64,000 bases of DNA from contig CT868352.1 in assembly GCA_000165425.1 (NCBI GenBank), forward strand, positions 62,001-126,000, given 5' to 3'. The DNA is from Paramecium tetraurelia. Its lineage: Eukaryota. A model generated the notes under the pieces. The model was not told where the DNA came from, did not search any database, and saw nothing but the letters and a program-made list of their open reading frames with translations. Below are positions 27,285 through 43,472 of the stretch, in pieces. Position numbers and translations under genes: made by a program. Each line of letters begins with the position of its first letter. Positions within the stretch are counted from its first letter, which is position 1.

Positions 27285-28499
27285 TCATGCTCCCTTGAGT
27301 TATGATTTAACATAATCTTAGAATCTTGGTTAGTTGAGCAATTCTAAGGCTTAGTTGGCAGCATTGATTTCCTTATTGTATTCTGCAACGGTGGCGTTGT
27401 AGACATCAGTGGCGAAGGCATAGTCATCGTTTTCAGCTTACAATTATCCATTGAGGGTTTCCAAATCAGCATCAAGTTCATCGATGAGGTCAAGGGTTTA
27501 TTCGATCTTGGCTAAATTGATTAGAAATTTAGATAGTACTGGCATTAGCTTCAATTTCGGCATTCTTAACAACAACTGCTCTTTAGAATTCAGCATGTTC
27601 TTGGTTTAATTAGATGACTTAGTTTTTGAAATCAGTAACAGCTTAAGCTTCGTCAGCAGTGATTTAGTTGAGTGAATCAACCAATTCAACTCTCAAATTA
27701 TTGAAAGCAACAACAATCTATCATTTAAGTTGTTAGAATTACGTCTCTAAGAGCACCTTAGTCAGCAAAGTTAGATTCAACTGTGATTTCCAAGAGGACT
27801 TTAACGAAGATTTGGAATTAGTTGTGTTTTTTCAATGAACTTTGGATTTTGCTAAGGTTCTTTTAAACCTTTTTGATTTAAGCAAGAGATGGGGTAGCGA
27901 TTGTGCTCAACAATTAAAGGCATTCATCAATAGCACTGATAGCATCGTTGTGTTCAGCAACTTCTGATTCGAAGGTTTCGTGATCATTTTCTCTTTTGAC
28001 TTCAGCTTCTGAAAGTGTTCTTCTGTTTTAGGCAATGTTTTCTTATAATTATTCAAGTTAGGCAGCAAATCTATCTCTTTATGGGATGAGGAACGTTATC
28101 ATAGAAATCATGAGCATTGAAGAGTTCTAAAACCATCATATTTTATTATACCTCTTTCCTTGTCTTGAATTTCTTATTCAAGTCTAGCAACTTCTCTGTT
28201 GTGAACATCTGTTCTTCTATTGAATTCGTGATGGACTCCAGCTAATTCCTCTTCCAATTCACCAACCTTAGAAATTAGTTACGATAAATAGTTACGAGTT
28301 TTTCAATTTCGCTGTTGAGTTCAGAAAGGATACCTCCTGTTTACATATGAAGTTCGGCATAATTCAAAATGAACTTACCCCAGCCAGATGTGTGGATTTA
28401 AGCTAGAGCCTTTTAGTCACGATTTGTCCAGATGGATGATTAGACATTGATGGCTGTTGCGCCGAGCACTAACAATACACAAAGAGTTAGTTTTAACAT
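27285..28499 (-). CDS. T1: Trichocyst matrix protein T1-family precursor
   Basis: [19 protein letters not shown]...[24 protein letters not shown]...[23 protein letters not shown]...PRFQDYVKSQLKGA*, closely matching T1 as I recall it. Four tiny introns and strong high-expression codon bias. Confidence 0.93.
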
Positions 28500-28553
28500 T
28501 TATTGTAATTATTATTGGCATACGTTCGAGGATTAATTAATGCTAAAAAATGG

Positions 28554-28563
28554 AAAAACGAAT
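28554..28563 (+). promoter_or_regulatory. AAAAACGAAT motif upstream of the T1 gene (antisense to the gene)
   Basis: 54 nt from the minus-strand ATG at 28499. Confidence 0.55.
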
Positions 28564-29876
28564 ATTTATTTTCATATATAGTATTAATAATTATATTATT
28601 TTTTATCTTCTCTCCATCATATTTTCATTAACATAATCCTAAATCAATCAAACTTTTTGTGTTTATCATTTTTTATGAAGAGGCGAACTTGAAAACTAAA
28701 CTTAAAAATGATTCTAAATAATTGATATTTCCTTATTTAATTAAACTGTTTTTATGGATCTAATTTATAAAAAACAAAATTAAAAATTTCATTGGGATAC
28801 AAAAGATATTTCATTTTAACTTAATATCTATACATTTAATTTCGAAATCATTTGATTTCTTATCAATAAATTAATTAACTTAATAACAATTACAATTATT
28901 TATAAATATCACATACTACAATTAAAAATCGAACTAATTCAATCTACTGATAAAGTTAAAATTCAACAATTGTTTTTCTAAATAAATTTTTTTATTATAT
29001 TATCCATAGAATTGAAAAAGATTATTAGAAAATGTACCTTCACTTCTTCATTTGAATTTGTAGATTATTTATATTTAGAGATATTCTGTTCTTTACATTA
29101 ATTTGTCTTAAACGGGTATTAGATTAATTTAGGGTATGGATACAATTTTACTTTCAAATTAAAACTTTGTAAAATATGATAAAATCTTTAAGTAGATACT
29201 AAACTGAATAACCAACTCTCATATTTGATTCTAAATGTGATTACTAATCTTAGAGAATGATTTTATGATCCGTGTAACACTATTCTAATACTCAATTATT
29301 TAATAATACAAACCATGAAAGCATATGTTTATTTAAAGCATAAATATATAATTCCCTTAATTAAATAAGAATAGTTCTTTCATAGAGCAAATCATTTTTG
29401 TATATATCATAGTCTTTTGCTTCTAACTCACATGAATGTAATCATTATATCTATTAAAAACTATACTAAAAGTCTATAGGAATTGTGTGCAATACTGCAA
29501 AATATTTCAGATTGAACAATATCAAGATTTATAGTTAAATACCAACTTTCTTAATTCATCCCTTAGATATATTTCAAATATATTGTATTTTATATAACTC
29601 AAGACGTTGTTGAAGTGCTTTATTAAGTTGTCTGTTCTAAAGTGACTTAATATTACTTATTTATAAATTGAATTTTATGTAATGTGGTTATTTTATAGAA
29701 AAATTCAATAGGATTTTATTATTTCAGAAACGGAATATTTGGAGTTTTCATTAATTAAGTTTTGATCCTTTTTTGAGATGTTATGAGTCAATTAAATTAA
29801 AACTTGACTTCATCGAATATTTATCCGATTTTATTTAGATTGCACAATGACATAATAATTGCATAAATTAATTTAA

Positions 29877-31766
29877 ATGAATTTGCAAGCCATCAAGGAA
29901 GCAGCTTAATAACTGTATGAATATCAATTTATCTCAGCAAGGATAAGCTTACCAAATCTCCATTAGAGTAGACGTTGTCTGAGGCAACTTCCAACGAGAA
30001 TTGGAATACACCTACTAAATTGCTATAAGAAGTAGCGGAGGCTTCATACGGATAGTAAGAAACTGTTTATGATTATTATTAGCACTTCTTGCGATACAAT
30101 AATGAAATTCATATGGAAGCGTCTTGATTCGGATAATAAAGAATGGCGTCGGATTTTGAAAGTATGATTCCTTTTTAAAATACTAGACTTTAAACATGAT
30201 AGAGTATTTAACAAAGAATGGAGCACCTCGTTGTGTTGGAGAATTCAGAGACAATATTTACAAAATCAGAAGTTTCTCAGATTTCTTTTTGGTTGAACAA
30301 GGCTCTGATAAAGGACTCTCAAGTATATAAATGAATAACAATTAGTTCGTGACAAGACAAAACAATTGGTTGATTTGTTGAGCAACGAAAAGTTGATTGA
30401 AGAAGAAAGAGAGAGTGCCAAAAAGATACGAGAACGTTTAGCAGGTAACATTAAATTAAGAATTTTAAGCTGCTGGAGGTGTTGGAGCTATTGGAAGTAA
30501 CACATCTTATTAAGGTTATGGAAGTAGTTCATATGAAGGAAATAAGCCGAAAAATTATGGATAAGAATCCAATCAATCATAGTCAACAAATTATTGTAAG
30601 TTTTCAATTTATATGGAAGCATCAAGTTATGGCGGTTTAGAGAGTGGAGGAGGATTAGACAAATACAAAGGTTCATCTAATAATAATGCAAATCTTAATA
30701 ATAACACTAGTAATGCTAATGCTAACAACAATAATGCCAGTAATAATACTAATAATAATGCTAATATAAGTTTTAATGGAATATAATGGGCTGCTCCTTA
30801 ACAATAATAAGCAACTGCAGCACCATTTTCTGAGCCCATAATGAAATTGGCTAAACCTGGTGAAAAGTGGGATGTTCCAGGACCTAAATCTTAATAACCC
30901 TAATAACAATAACAATAACAATAACAACAATAATAATAATAATAAACAAATTTATTTGACATTTTTGATGCTCCATAATAAGTCCCTTAATAAGTACCTT
31001 AATAATAACATTAAATTGCATAACCTTTATAACCACCTCCATCACAATAATAGAATAATCAAAATGAATGGGGATAATTCTAAAAAGCTACTCCAATCAG
31101 CAATCCTATTCCGTAAGCTTAAATTCAACAAAAAGCATAAACTAATTTATTGCCTAATGATATTTTTGTTCCAGCTGCAGCATAACAATAGTAATAAAAT
31201 GTTCCTTTTGGATAATACCAGCCTCCTCAACAAACCAATTAGCAACTCTATTATTAATAATCTTAATAACAATAATAATATTAACAACCTTAAGCCTAAT
31301 AAAACATATAAAATTTATACCCATTGTAATAGCAATAAAATTAAAATTCAACTAATTTGTACTAAAATTATTAAATAAATAATTATTAACAACAACCAAA
31401 TCTCAACTATGCTAAACCATAAGCTGCTGCATATTCACCTTAAGTTAATATATAAGTTAACAACAATCAACCAAAAGAATAATATGATGAATATTATTTT
31501 GGGGAATTTGTTTCTGCCAGTCAACCAAAGAACACTAATAATTAAACAGATTTGTTAGGCATGATCGATTTGAAAAAAGAAAAGCAAGAATTAGAATAGA
31601 AAAAATAGATTCCAATAGCTACTTAATCAAATTAATAGACTTAGTTGTATGCATCTTAAGCTGAATTGGATGGATTCTAATTTAATTATCAGAACAAAGC
31701 ACCAGTTTATGGATCATGTATTTTTATATTTAATGTATAATAGATTAATACCAATAAAGCAGATGA
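29877..31766 (+). CDS. ENTH-domain epsin/epsinR-like clathrin adaptor
   Basis: LSEATSNENWNTP, IWKRL..EWRRILK|TLNMIEYLTKNGA, DKGLS|IRDK, followed by a long G/N/Q-rich tail with DIF, FGEF and DLLGMIDL motifs. Confidence 0.92.
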
Positions 31767-31784
31767 TTTATAATAAACATATAT

Positions 31785-32249
31785 ATGATATAATTTGATA
31801 ACTATTAAACTCATCGTCCCTCGATTGCTAGATATGAACAAATGACTAGACCCAGCACATCTTCAACATTCTCTCGAACATTTCGAAAAACTCAACTGTT
31901 GCGAAAACTAGACACCATTCAATAAACGAAGAGACAGGAGTTGATCCAATTCATGTGCTCGGCTACTAGATCTCCTTTGAATTGCGTAAGCCGAAATAAA
32001 CGACAATAATCAATCTCTTGTCAAACAGAGGAGTCAATGACAAATAGAAGAAGAACATAACACAGTTGTAGATAATTAACAACTTCAGATAGTAATAATC
32101 CTAGTTATAGGGTGAAAATAACTAATTATAACATAAAGGAAAGGAAAATTAAATAGAAAGACTCTTTGGACAGGTTTAAACTCATTGAAATACAGGACAA
32201 TGATTTTTAAGATTACATGCAGAGACAGATTAGAAAATAATATGATTGA
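31785..32249 (+). CDS. Hypothetical basic protein (154 aa)
   Basis: Intronless code-6 ORF MIQFDNYQTHRPSIARYEQ...QIRKQYD* filling the gap between neighbouring genes. Confidence 0.6.
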
Positions 32250-32284
32250 TATAAATATATATTTTATTTTTTGCTTTTTGTATA

Positions 32285-35447
<3,163 letters not shown>

Positions 35448-36342
35448 TAAATTAATTAAAAATCAATCTTCGCTACACTCATTCCTAATCTGATATACAA
35501 TATTATTATAATCACTCTATTTTTATAACACACAATCCATCCCATAACCAAGATCCAATCAACCATTGGGTACTTAACTTTTAAATCAGAATTTAAATGT
35601 AAATGCCCATTCCATATTGTATCTTAATTACTTTCTTCATTGTAAGAGAACCAAGAACATTCCATATCATTATTACTTGCTCTAACTTATAATTAATAAA
35701 ACATAATTGTAATTCTAATTGAAGATATATTTGACAAGAATCTTATTATATATTTTCATTTTATGTGTTAACAAGCAAGAATTATAAATAAATTTAAAGA
35801 AAATTAGAATAATCAATAATCCTATCTTCATTTTTTTTAAATTATCAAAATATTTTATAATAGAATATGAATGATTAATTAACAAAATCTTAATCCTAGA
35901 TAATCTACAATTCAATAAATATCTATCTGCAATCATGATAACTTGTAAATCAATAAAATTAAATAATGAAATCTATAAGACAAGAGAAAAATTGTTTAGA
36001 ATTTTAAGAGCATTACATTTTAAAAATATAATTAACAGTACATAAAAGTATATTATTTTTCAAGTCTTTGTTTCAAATTAGGAAGATTTGAATATGAATA
36101 TTTAATTTGAAGAATGTTGAGCATTAGAAGAATATTTTAGATCAAAAAAGGAGAATTTTAAAAATTTACCCAAAGTTATGTTATTATTTACAAGTCATTA
36201 AACCTTGATTCACACTAAGCATTTTTTACTTGTAATTAATGTAAATGTATGAAGAATTAACATATAGCATATTATTCTCATGTTTCAATGCATTTATAAT
36301 AAGAAGAAATAAATTTATTTTAATAAAATTAAAGAAATATAT

Positions 36343-36897
36343 TCATGATATAAAACAGCAGTCTTCGTTGGGTTTTCGTGGTTAAGAGATTACATTATCT
36401 TTAGCTTGTAAGTATTAGTCTTTCTAATCTTACATATTGGTAGGATTCTCATTAGATCTAAAGGATTTTGGGTGAGACAATGTATTATTCAAGTTTTGTC
36501 CTTACAGCATCTGCTGCAGTATAAAATCAATCTGAGTGCAATCTAGTTAAACTCCAGCATATTATGATATTAATTCTCTAGTTTCTTTGACCTTTAGGAA
36601 ATAGTTGCGTAATTAATTATGCAGTTAATAATCATAATTTGGTTCTTGCTTATTAACTCTTTCAAAAAACTGTATGAATTGGGAAACTGTGGTTCCAAAT
36701 GCTGTTAAATTGACTATTTGAGCTGATTGATAAATCTACTTAAGTTCTAATTATATTGATTTCAGATCCTTATTTTGATAATATTCAACAATATTATTGA
36801 TCGATGGACATAGTGTGAGGGAATCAAAAGTGAGTAGGGATGTTTTATATTGTCTCTCGTCACCCTTGAATTATTTTATACCTTAATCGATATTCAT
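36343..36897 (-). CDS. HPt-like domain protein lacking the phospho-His, with C-terminal CCFIS (CaaX-like)
   Basis: Intronless 184 aa: MNIDQGIKQFKGDERQYKTSLLTF...KDLKSIQLELKQIYQSAQIVNLTAFG...EDCCFIS*. The ORF is solid; the domain call is inference. Confidence 0.6.
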
Positions 36898-37324
36898 ATA
36901 AATTTATTTATTTTGCCAAATAAGTTTTTTTGTTAATAAAGGTTTTCGTTATTATATAACAAGATAGTTTATACAAAACTTTGATTTATTATTCATATTT
37001 TTTATTTCATTAAGTTAGAAAAAGCAAAGTTGTTAGATAAATAGATATACAGAACAATAATCTATAGACTGTGTGAATAAAAAATTAAAAATTTAACATT
37101 TATATTTATATCAAGAATAGATGAATTTTAAAGAAATTTTTGATATATTTTAGTTCTTATTTTTATTTAATTACCTGCCTACCATCAATTATCCTTTAAT
37201 AATCAATTATTTGATTTATTATTTTAAGTAAGGATTTGATAATATCTATTTAATTATATTATTGATTACTGAAAAAATAAAATGCATAAAGAACTATTGT
37301 TCATAATTTATTTATTTTAATAAA

Positions 37325-38512
37325 TCAATTTCTTTTGCTGATGAATTGGGCGGTGGTTGATAATTTCTCACTGATGTGTTCTTAGAGTCTATCAACGATT
37401 TCATTTTAAGCAGCTCTAAAATAGGATATTATGAAATATTACCTTTCAGCAGTTTAGGTTTCATAGATTTCTGATTAGACTGCATACCATGCTTCTTATC
37501 CAGCAAGTCTTTCTTCACTGTTTTCTAATTCCAAGGTATGGAATTCGATCCAAGATTAGGCATCTTCAATGGTATCTTTTTATTCTTAGATTTAGACTTC
37601 CAATTAAGCCTTTCTTTCAACCAAATCTGGTGTGTTCATTGCTCAAATGAGCGCTGAATTCAGCCCAGTGTGCAGCTTATCTATCTTCAACGTCCTTAAT
37701 AATTGGATTAATTAAATACAGTCTTGGTAGCCTTTTCTGAGACTAATTATTATCTGATTTCGCTCAATAATTAAGCAATCTTGGTCAATGCCTTTTAGTT
37801 AACACCGTGAGTGGCCAATTCAGTAAGAGCAACAACGACTGGCTAAAGGGATAATAGAAAGAAAGGATTTACTTGTAAGAGTTGGCTGTGTGAAGTGTTA
37901 TCGGTAAGTCTCTTGTGAACTGTTTCATACTTTGATTTGACTTGGACGAATGAAGCACCTAAGCTCAAATGTTGGATGAGTTTGGCAGCATCATCAATAG
38001 CATCAATAACATCATCGATGGCAGCAACCTTGGCAACAAAGGTTTCGTGTTATTAGTTTCTTGTGGCTTCTTCTCTAGCATAAGTTTATTCATTTGTTGC
38101 AATGTCTGAAATTGTAACTCTGATGTCTTCTTCAGAAACAGCCAAAGCTTCAATTGTGTCATCTCTCAATTAAGTGTTGGATGAGATTTGATTTTAGTGA
38201 TACAAGATTTCCTTTTCTAAGTCTTCAACGATCTGTTATATAGATTGATATTCTTACTCTGTTGTTTGTGGTTGTATCAACTTCGAAAGCGTGGTCGTGG
38301 TCATTTTAGTCTTATTGTAATCCAGCAGCAACACCGTTCAATAACATATTAACTTCGTTGGCTGGTGATTAGGCTTACAAATGGGCTTTGATGGCTGACA
38401 ACACGACATTTCCGAATGGATTGGCATCAATTTAAGCCAAGCTTGCATGTGTATCTACAAACTTGGCGGCTGCAAGAGCAAGAACCAATGTCAAGATAGC
38501 TAGTTTTTGCAT
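37325..38512 (-). CDS. Trichocyst matrix protein T4-like precursor with an apparent +1 frameshift at ~37623
   Basis: MQKLAILTLVLALAAAK..PFGNVVLSAIKAHLQ..DLEKEILYHQNQI..LSEIRQQLVS..HLSNEHTR/xVERKAQLE..EIVDRLQEHISEKLST. Four introns. An extra T gives a premature TGA at 37617-37619. Confidence 0.88.
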
Positions 38513-38531
38513 TTATTTATTTAATGTTTTT

Positions 38532-38541
38532 AAAAACGGAT
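38532..38541 (+). promoter_or_regulatory. AAAAACGGAT motif upstream of the T4-like gene
   Basis: 19 nt from the minus-strand ATG at 38512. Confidence 0.55.
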
Positions 38542-39227
38542 CGATAAAAGCTTATGTATGTAATTAATTTATAAATATTTTTCCCCATTTTCTTATAATA
38601 GCAAGTACATCATCGACGTTTCGACTTGACTAGCATAGCTTTCATCCATCAAATCTCCCAACTATACTCTCCCGATAATCAAAAAATTTATAATTTAATA
38701 TTTTATTCAAATTTATCTCTCCTTCCTCCTCCTATCACTCTCCTTCATTATGATTATCCTTCAGATATTAATATCTCTTCCCAAGTTTCCTATCATTTAT
38801 AACATACTTTCTCATTTAAACCATTTAAACTAAACAATGTTTTCCCTATATTACTATTAATTTTAGTTTTCATTTAAGAATAATGATAATACAATTATAT
38901 AATCATTTTCCAACTTCTTATTCATTTTCATAATTTATAGTTTGATGGAAATTATTTTAGAAATCTAATTCATTTAAAGAATTTAGAATTGATATTAAAT
39001 TCTAAACTATTTTTATTAAAAAGAGGAGTACTAGTTGGTTGAGGAATTCTTTAACTAATTGCTTTTTCTAATCTTATAGGAATCATAGCATCATCATTAT
39101 GAATTTCTCAAAATTGAAATAAATTATGAATTGACTAAATTGAAAGAATGTTAAGCATACTTGATTAAACACTTTTATTTATGAGTTAAAATCTTGCAAA
39201 TATTCAAAAAATAATTTAATTTTTCTT

Positions 39228-39725
39228 ATGGCAACACCATTTTTCACAGTGAAAGTATGAATAACTATTTATATTTAAAAGGACGTACCTGCATAAGATT
39301 TCATTCATGCTTATGCTGAATATTTGAAAAAAAATTAACAAGATCAAAATTCCAGAATGGGGTTCAATTGTCAAGACAGGACTTGGAAAAGAAATTTCAC
39401 CAATTGACTAAGATTGGATGTATGTTAGAGCTGCAGCACTTGCTCGTAAAATTTATGTTAGAGGTCACTGGGTATGAAATTTTTAATTACAAAACAGGGA
39501 GTTGGAAATCTCACTCATATGTTTGGTTCAGTTAACGATAATGGCAAACATGAATCAGGATCTGGAAAGGTCATTAGATACTTGCTTCAATAATTGGAAG
39601 CTATTAAAGTTTTAAAGAAGGATAGCAAGTCACTCTTAAAAAAGGGATCAAGAATTGTTACCAAAGAAGGATAATAAGACTTAAATAGAATTGCAACCCA
39701 AGTTGCCTTAGCAGCCAGAAAATGA
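39228..39725 (+). CDS. RPS19: 40S ribosomal protein S19 (eS19) with an apparent +1 frameshift at ~39335
   Basis: TVK|DVPAQDFIHAYAEYLKK / KIKIPEWGSIVKTG..DWMYVRAAALARKIY..GVG..GSGKVIRYLLQQLE..GQQDLNRIA. Two introns. Confidence 0.92.
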
Positions 39726-39825
39726 TTGATATAACAATACAATACATAAGTACATTATATAATAAATAAAGTTAATCATAAATATGTCTGCATAATATTT
39801 TATATATATATAATATTTATAGATA

Positions 39826-40346
39826 TCATATCTGATATTCCTCTTTTAAAATTTAATCAATGAAAAAATCAATAGCTGATTTGAGCTTTTCTTCTCTAGT
39901 TTTTAGTGGCTCTGGTACAATAGTATATCTATTTTAACAATAGGTTTGAATTTCGTTTGAATTTGTTAAGGATTGGCTGCTATTTTCATTGATAGACTTA
40001 AAAATCCAATCCTATTAAGCCTATTACGTTGAAATTTTGATTGAAGGTTCTAATTGGAGAATTTTAGGCTGACTCAATTTGTAATAAATATACAATTTGA
40101 TGGACTGCTTTTTAAAAGCCTTGGATTACTGGTAAGCATATTAAAGATCCTCATCCTATATTATCACAACTTTATCAGAATCATTATCATAAAAGCTAAG
40201 CTTAAGTAGAAATAGCTTTGGTACTAAATTATGATGTCTCTTGTTTATATCCCTATTCTTTTGATTTCCTTCTTTAAGTCTGATAAAGTTTAGATCTCCT
40301 TATAGATTAAGAATGTATCACTTTAAGTTATTATTTTAATATCCAT
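39826..40346 (-). CDS. PB1-domain protein
   Basis: MDIKIITQSD... with an OPCA-like motif FYDNDSDKVVIIQDEDLQYAY. One intron, boundaries approximate. Confidence 0.65.
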
Positions 40347-40383
40347 TTTATATTATTTTAATATAATATAAAATCAATTTTGT

Positions 40384-41086
40384 TCAATACTGTCGGCTTG
40401 ATTTCATGATTCTGCTCAAAGATTATTGCAATGAAGACAGCTCGTGAGAATGACTATAAATATTATATAATATTTCTTACCCTGCAGTAAAGGTTCCAAT
40501 TTGAGAGGGTGGAATCGCATTCAATTTGGCTGACAAAAGTCTGATATCACTTTGATTTCCACCAACACTAAGTCTACTTAAATTGCTGCCCAAGAAAATA
40601 GCTGATCTATTGGTCTGATGATGAGGTTAATGGCTTAAATAAGTCAATTCATTATTGAGACGTGTAAATTTGGAATTTTATATTTGGAGTTCTAGTCCTA
40701 ACTTTGAATCCCAATTTTTGAATCTATCCAATCTTACCTTTGCTCTTTATGGTGACTCATTATAATTTCTACCAGATCTCAGAGGAGATGTGCTTTTATG
40801 AATACTACTAAATACAATATGTGTAGGTGTCAAAGGGCTAAATTATTACCTAATAATCATACTGATATTCTCCAACAACTACTCCTTGTAATCCCTTTGT
40901 TTATTTTGGAGATGAATCTCTAAATAACCTCGTTCTAACAGGAGACATGTTTGTGGACTCTCTGCTTTTTGAAACAAAGCTAGAATCCCCTAGTTTGCTA
41001 ATTGCAGTAGATAGCAATCCAACTTGACTAGCCTTGGGTTTATACACTTTGCTGGAATCAACACTCACTATAGAAGAAGTTAACAT
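40384..41086 (-). CDS. Hypothetical Ser/Pro-rich protein
   Basis: MLTSSIVSVDSSKVYKPK... ending LQQSLSRIMKSSRQY*. Two tiny introns. Confidence 0.7.
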
Positions 41087-42215
41087 AATTTTTATTTATG
41101 TATAATAAAATTTATATTTCCCCCCTTTTGAATATTACTAAAATAAATTTACTCTATTTTATTATTTAGAATTCTTAAGTAAAAAAAGAATATCTATTTT
41201 TGAATTTATAATTCTCCAGAATCAAAATAAACTAGTACTTTTTAATAGAATGATTACCTAGTTCAATTTTTTGGTCCGATTTTTGTAAAGATAGATGAAG
41301 ATTTATAAATTTTAAATATTCAGTTAATTTGATGATATATCCTAATATATTAATATGCTAAATTAATTTATTCTTTAAAATTTATTGAATTATGTTTAAA
41401 ATGAACGAAGTTATAATTTTATTAAAAAATCCTTAAACTATTTGATGTTATTAAGTATAATTTAACAGATTTCAATGGATAGCATCATTTTTTTGGTTAT
41501 GATATTTTTAAAGAATTCTAAAAAGGTATTTCCCAAATACAAAACAACCTCATATTCTAATAATTATTAATTATTTTTTTGCAATTTTAATTTGAAATAA
41601 CCTTTGAAGTTATACTGAAAACAATTAGAAAATAATTAATGAAGAAATATATTTCAGAGTCTTTAAGAGTTTTGCTAAATCACCAGATGAATAAGTTGAG
41701 TCAGATATTTGAATTATTTGCAAAAATCCTAAATTTATATTGGGCGAATTAATCTATAACATTTCATAATGATGTAATCATAAAATTCTACATCAAAAAG
41801 TAAGATGGCATTAAATTAAAATCTTGAAAGCAAAAGATAATCTTTAATATTATCATATTTAATTCAATTTGATTATTTAATTTGTAATATGAAAAGTATA
41901 AAGTGATTATTAAATGAGAATTTGTCACAGAAAAGAATGTATTCTATTATAAATCAAAATTTTATTTCACAGCAATTATTTTACTAACTATATTTTATTA
42001 TCCTATTGAATATTGAAGTATTAGTTTATAGATATATATATTATTATTCTGAAGATTAGGAATTTATATCATTTTAATAAAGGTTTATTGAGTTTTGATA
42101 TATAAATTTATGTATAATTTATTATGAATATTTAATTACAAAATATTTCAGAGAATGGATTGAAGTGATATTAAATGATTCATTTTTTAAATTGAATATA
42201 TTTGTATATTGGAAA

Positions 42216-43351
42216 TCATTTTCTTCCAAGACTGGTTTATGAAGCTAAGGATCTAACTTAATCTTTGAACAATTAGATGACAACATCGATAATGGCATTT
42301 TCCTCTATAGATTATTGTGATAATTGGTACCGGCTCTTCTTGCAGTTTCGGAGGCATAGAATTCTCTTTTCTCTTCCAAATCAGCAGTGGCACCAGCAAC
42401 AGCGTTCAAGGAATCCTTCCACAATTTGAGTGCTTTGGCTTATTAGGCAAGGACAGCTGGGAGTTGCTAAAAAGGAATGTAAGAAATGGAAATACAGTTT
42501 CTAATTTTTCAACAAGACCAGTTCTTCTTTCGTGTTCTGAATTCAACCAGGCAACTTCGGCGTTGGTGTCTGAGACGTATTTAGCAAGAGCAAAGGCAGC
42601 ATGAATTTCTTATTCTTAAAGAGTGGCAAGAGTGGATTCTAATTCAGCTTATAAGTCAAACAAGATTTGGAGGACTTATTCTCCGGTTGTACCTTCTCTC
42701 TTGACTTCAGCAAGTGATTTGAATTTTTGGAGGGCATCTTATTAGAAAAGATGGCTATATGCTGATAATTTATCGGCGATAGATTGGGCTTTTTCAACGA
42801 GTTCGACTCCAGCGTTGTTAGTGAGGAAACCAGCAACATCTTATTATAAGAGTTAGACGACTGCGACGGCATCACCGTGATCAGCAAGGGATTTGACGAA
42901 GAGTCCATTGGCCCAACATCTTTGGTCTTGGAGTTAAGCATTTCTTCTTTCGATTTCAGCAAGTCTGGATTCAGCCCAGGCCAACCATTAATATCCATCC
43001 TTGTTGAATAAATTATTTTGCTTACTCTAACTTAGGCTTCAACATCTGTTCTGACTGCTCCAAGTCTTTCCCATTATTGTTTGTTGAGTGAGGCAACATT
43101 AGTCAAATCGCCAATGACTTGGGAAAAGATTTCTAGAAAGAATGAATGAATGATGTACCTTCATCTGTATTGTTCTTTTTGTCGGCAGCAGCTTACACAT
43201 TAACATTTTCTGTCTTCAAATCTCTCAAGAGATTGTAAACTGATTCGACGGCATCATTTCCTCTTGTGCCTGCTTGGAGAAGCACGGCGAATTTGCTTGT
43301 GTCAAGTGCAAACACAGCTGCTACGAGGCAAATCACAACGAATGTTTTCAT
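42216..43351 (-). CDS. Trichocyst matrix / granule-lattice family precursor (subfamily distinct from T1, T2 and T4)
   Basis: Signal MKTFVVICLVAAVFA, NDAVESVYNLLRDLK, QRCWANGLFVKSLADH, EQVLQILFDLQAELE, FYASETARRAEENAIIDVVI. TMP-like codon bias; four introns. Confidence 0.85.
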
Positions 43352-43369
43352 ATTTATTTTAATAATACC

Positions 43370-43379
43370 AAAAACGGAA
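43370..43379 (+). promoter_or_regulatory. AAAAACGGAA motif upstream of a TMP gene, with an inverted partial copy CGTTTT at 43391-43396
   Basis: 18 nt from the minus-strand ATG at 43351. Confidence 0.55.
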
Positions 43380-43472
43380 TATAAATTCATCGTTTTAATG
43401 TTGATTATATATTATTATTAATTATATAATCTTGAAGCATTCGTAGCCTATCTATACATTAATTAAATATAT

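Noticed and set aside
29727..29737. GAAACGGAAT upstream of the ENTH gene as another copy of the TMP motif
   Set aside because: It has only three A's and lies about 140 nt from the ATG, so it was not counted.
30680..31400. (AAT/AAC)n microsatellite-like tract and the 172-aa poly-Asn ORF 30860-31378
   Set aside because: It is the TAA/CAA-encoded poly-Gln and Asn-rich tail of the ENTH protein read in the wrong frame.
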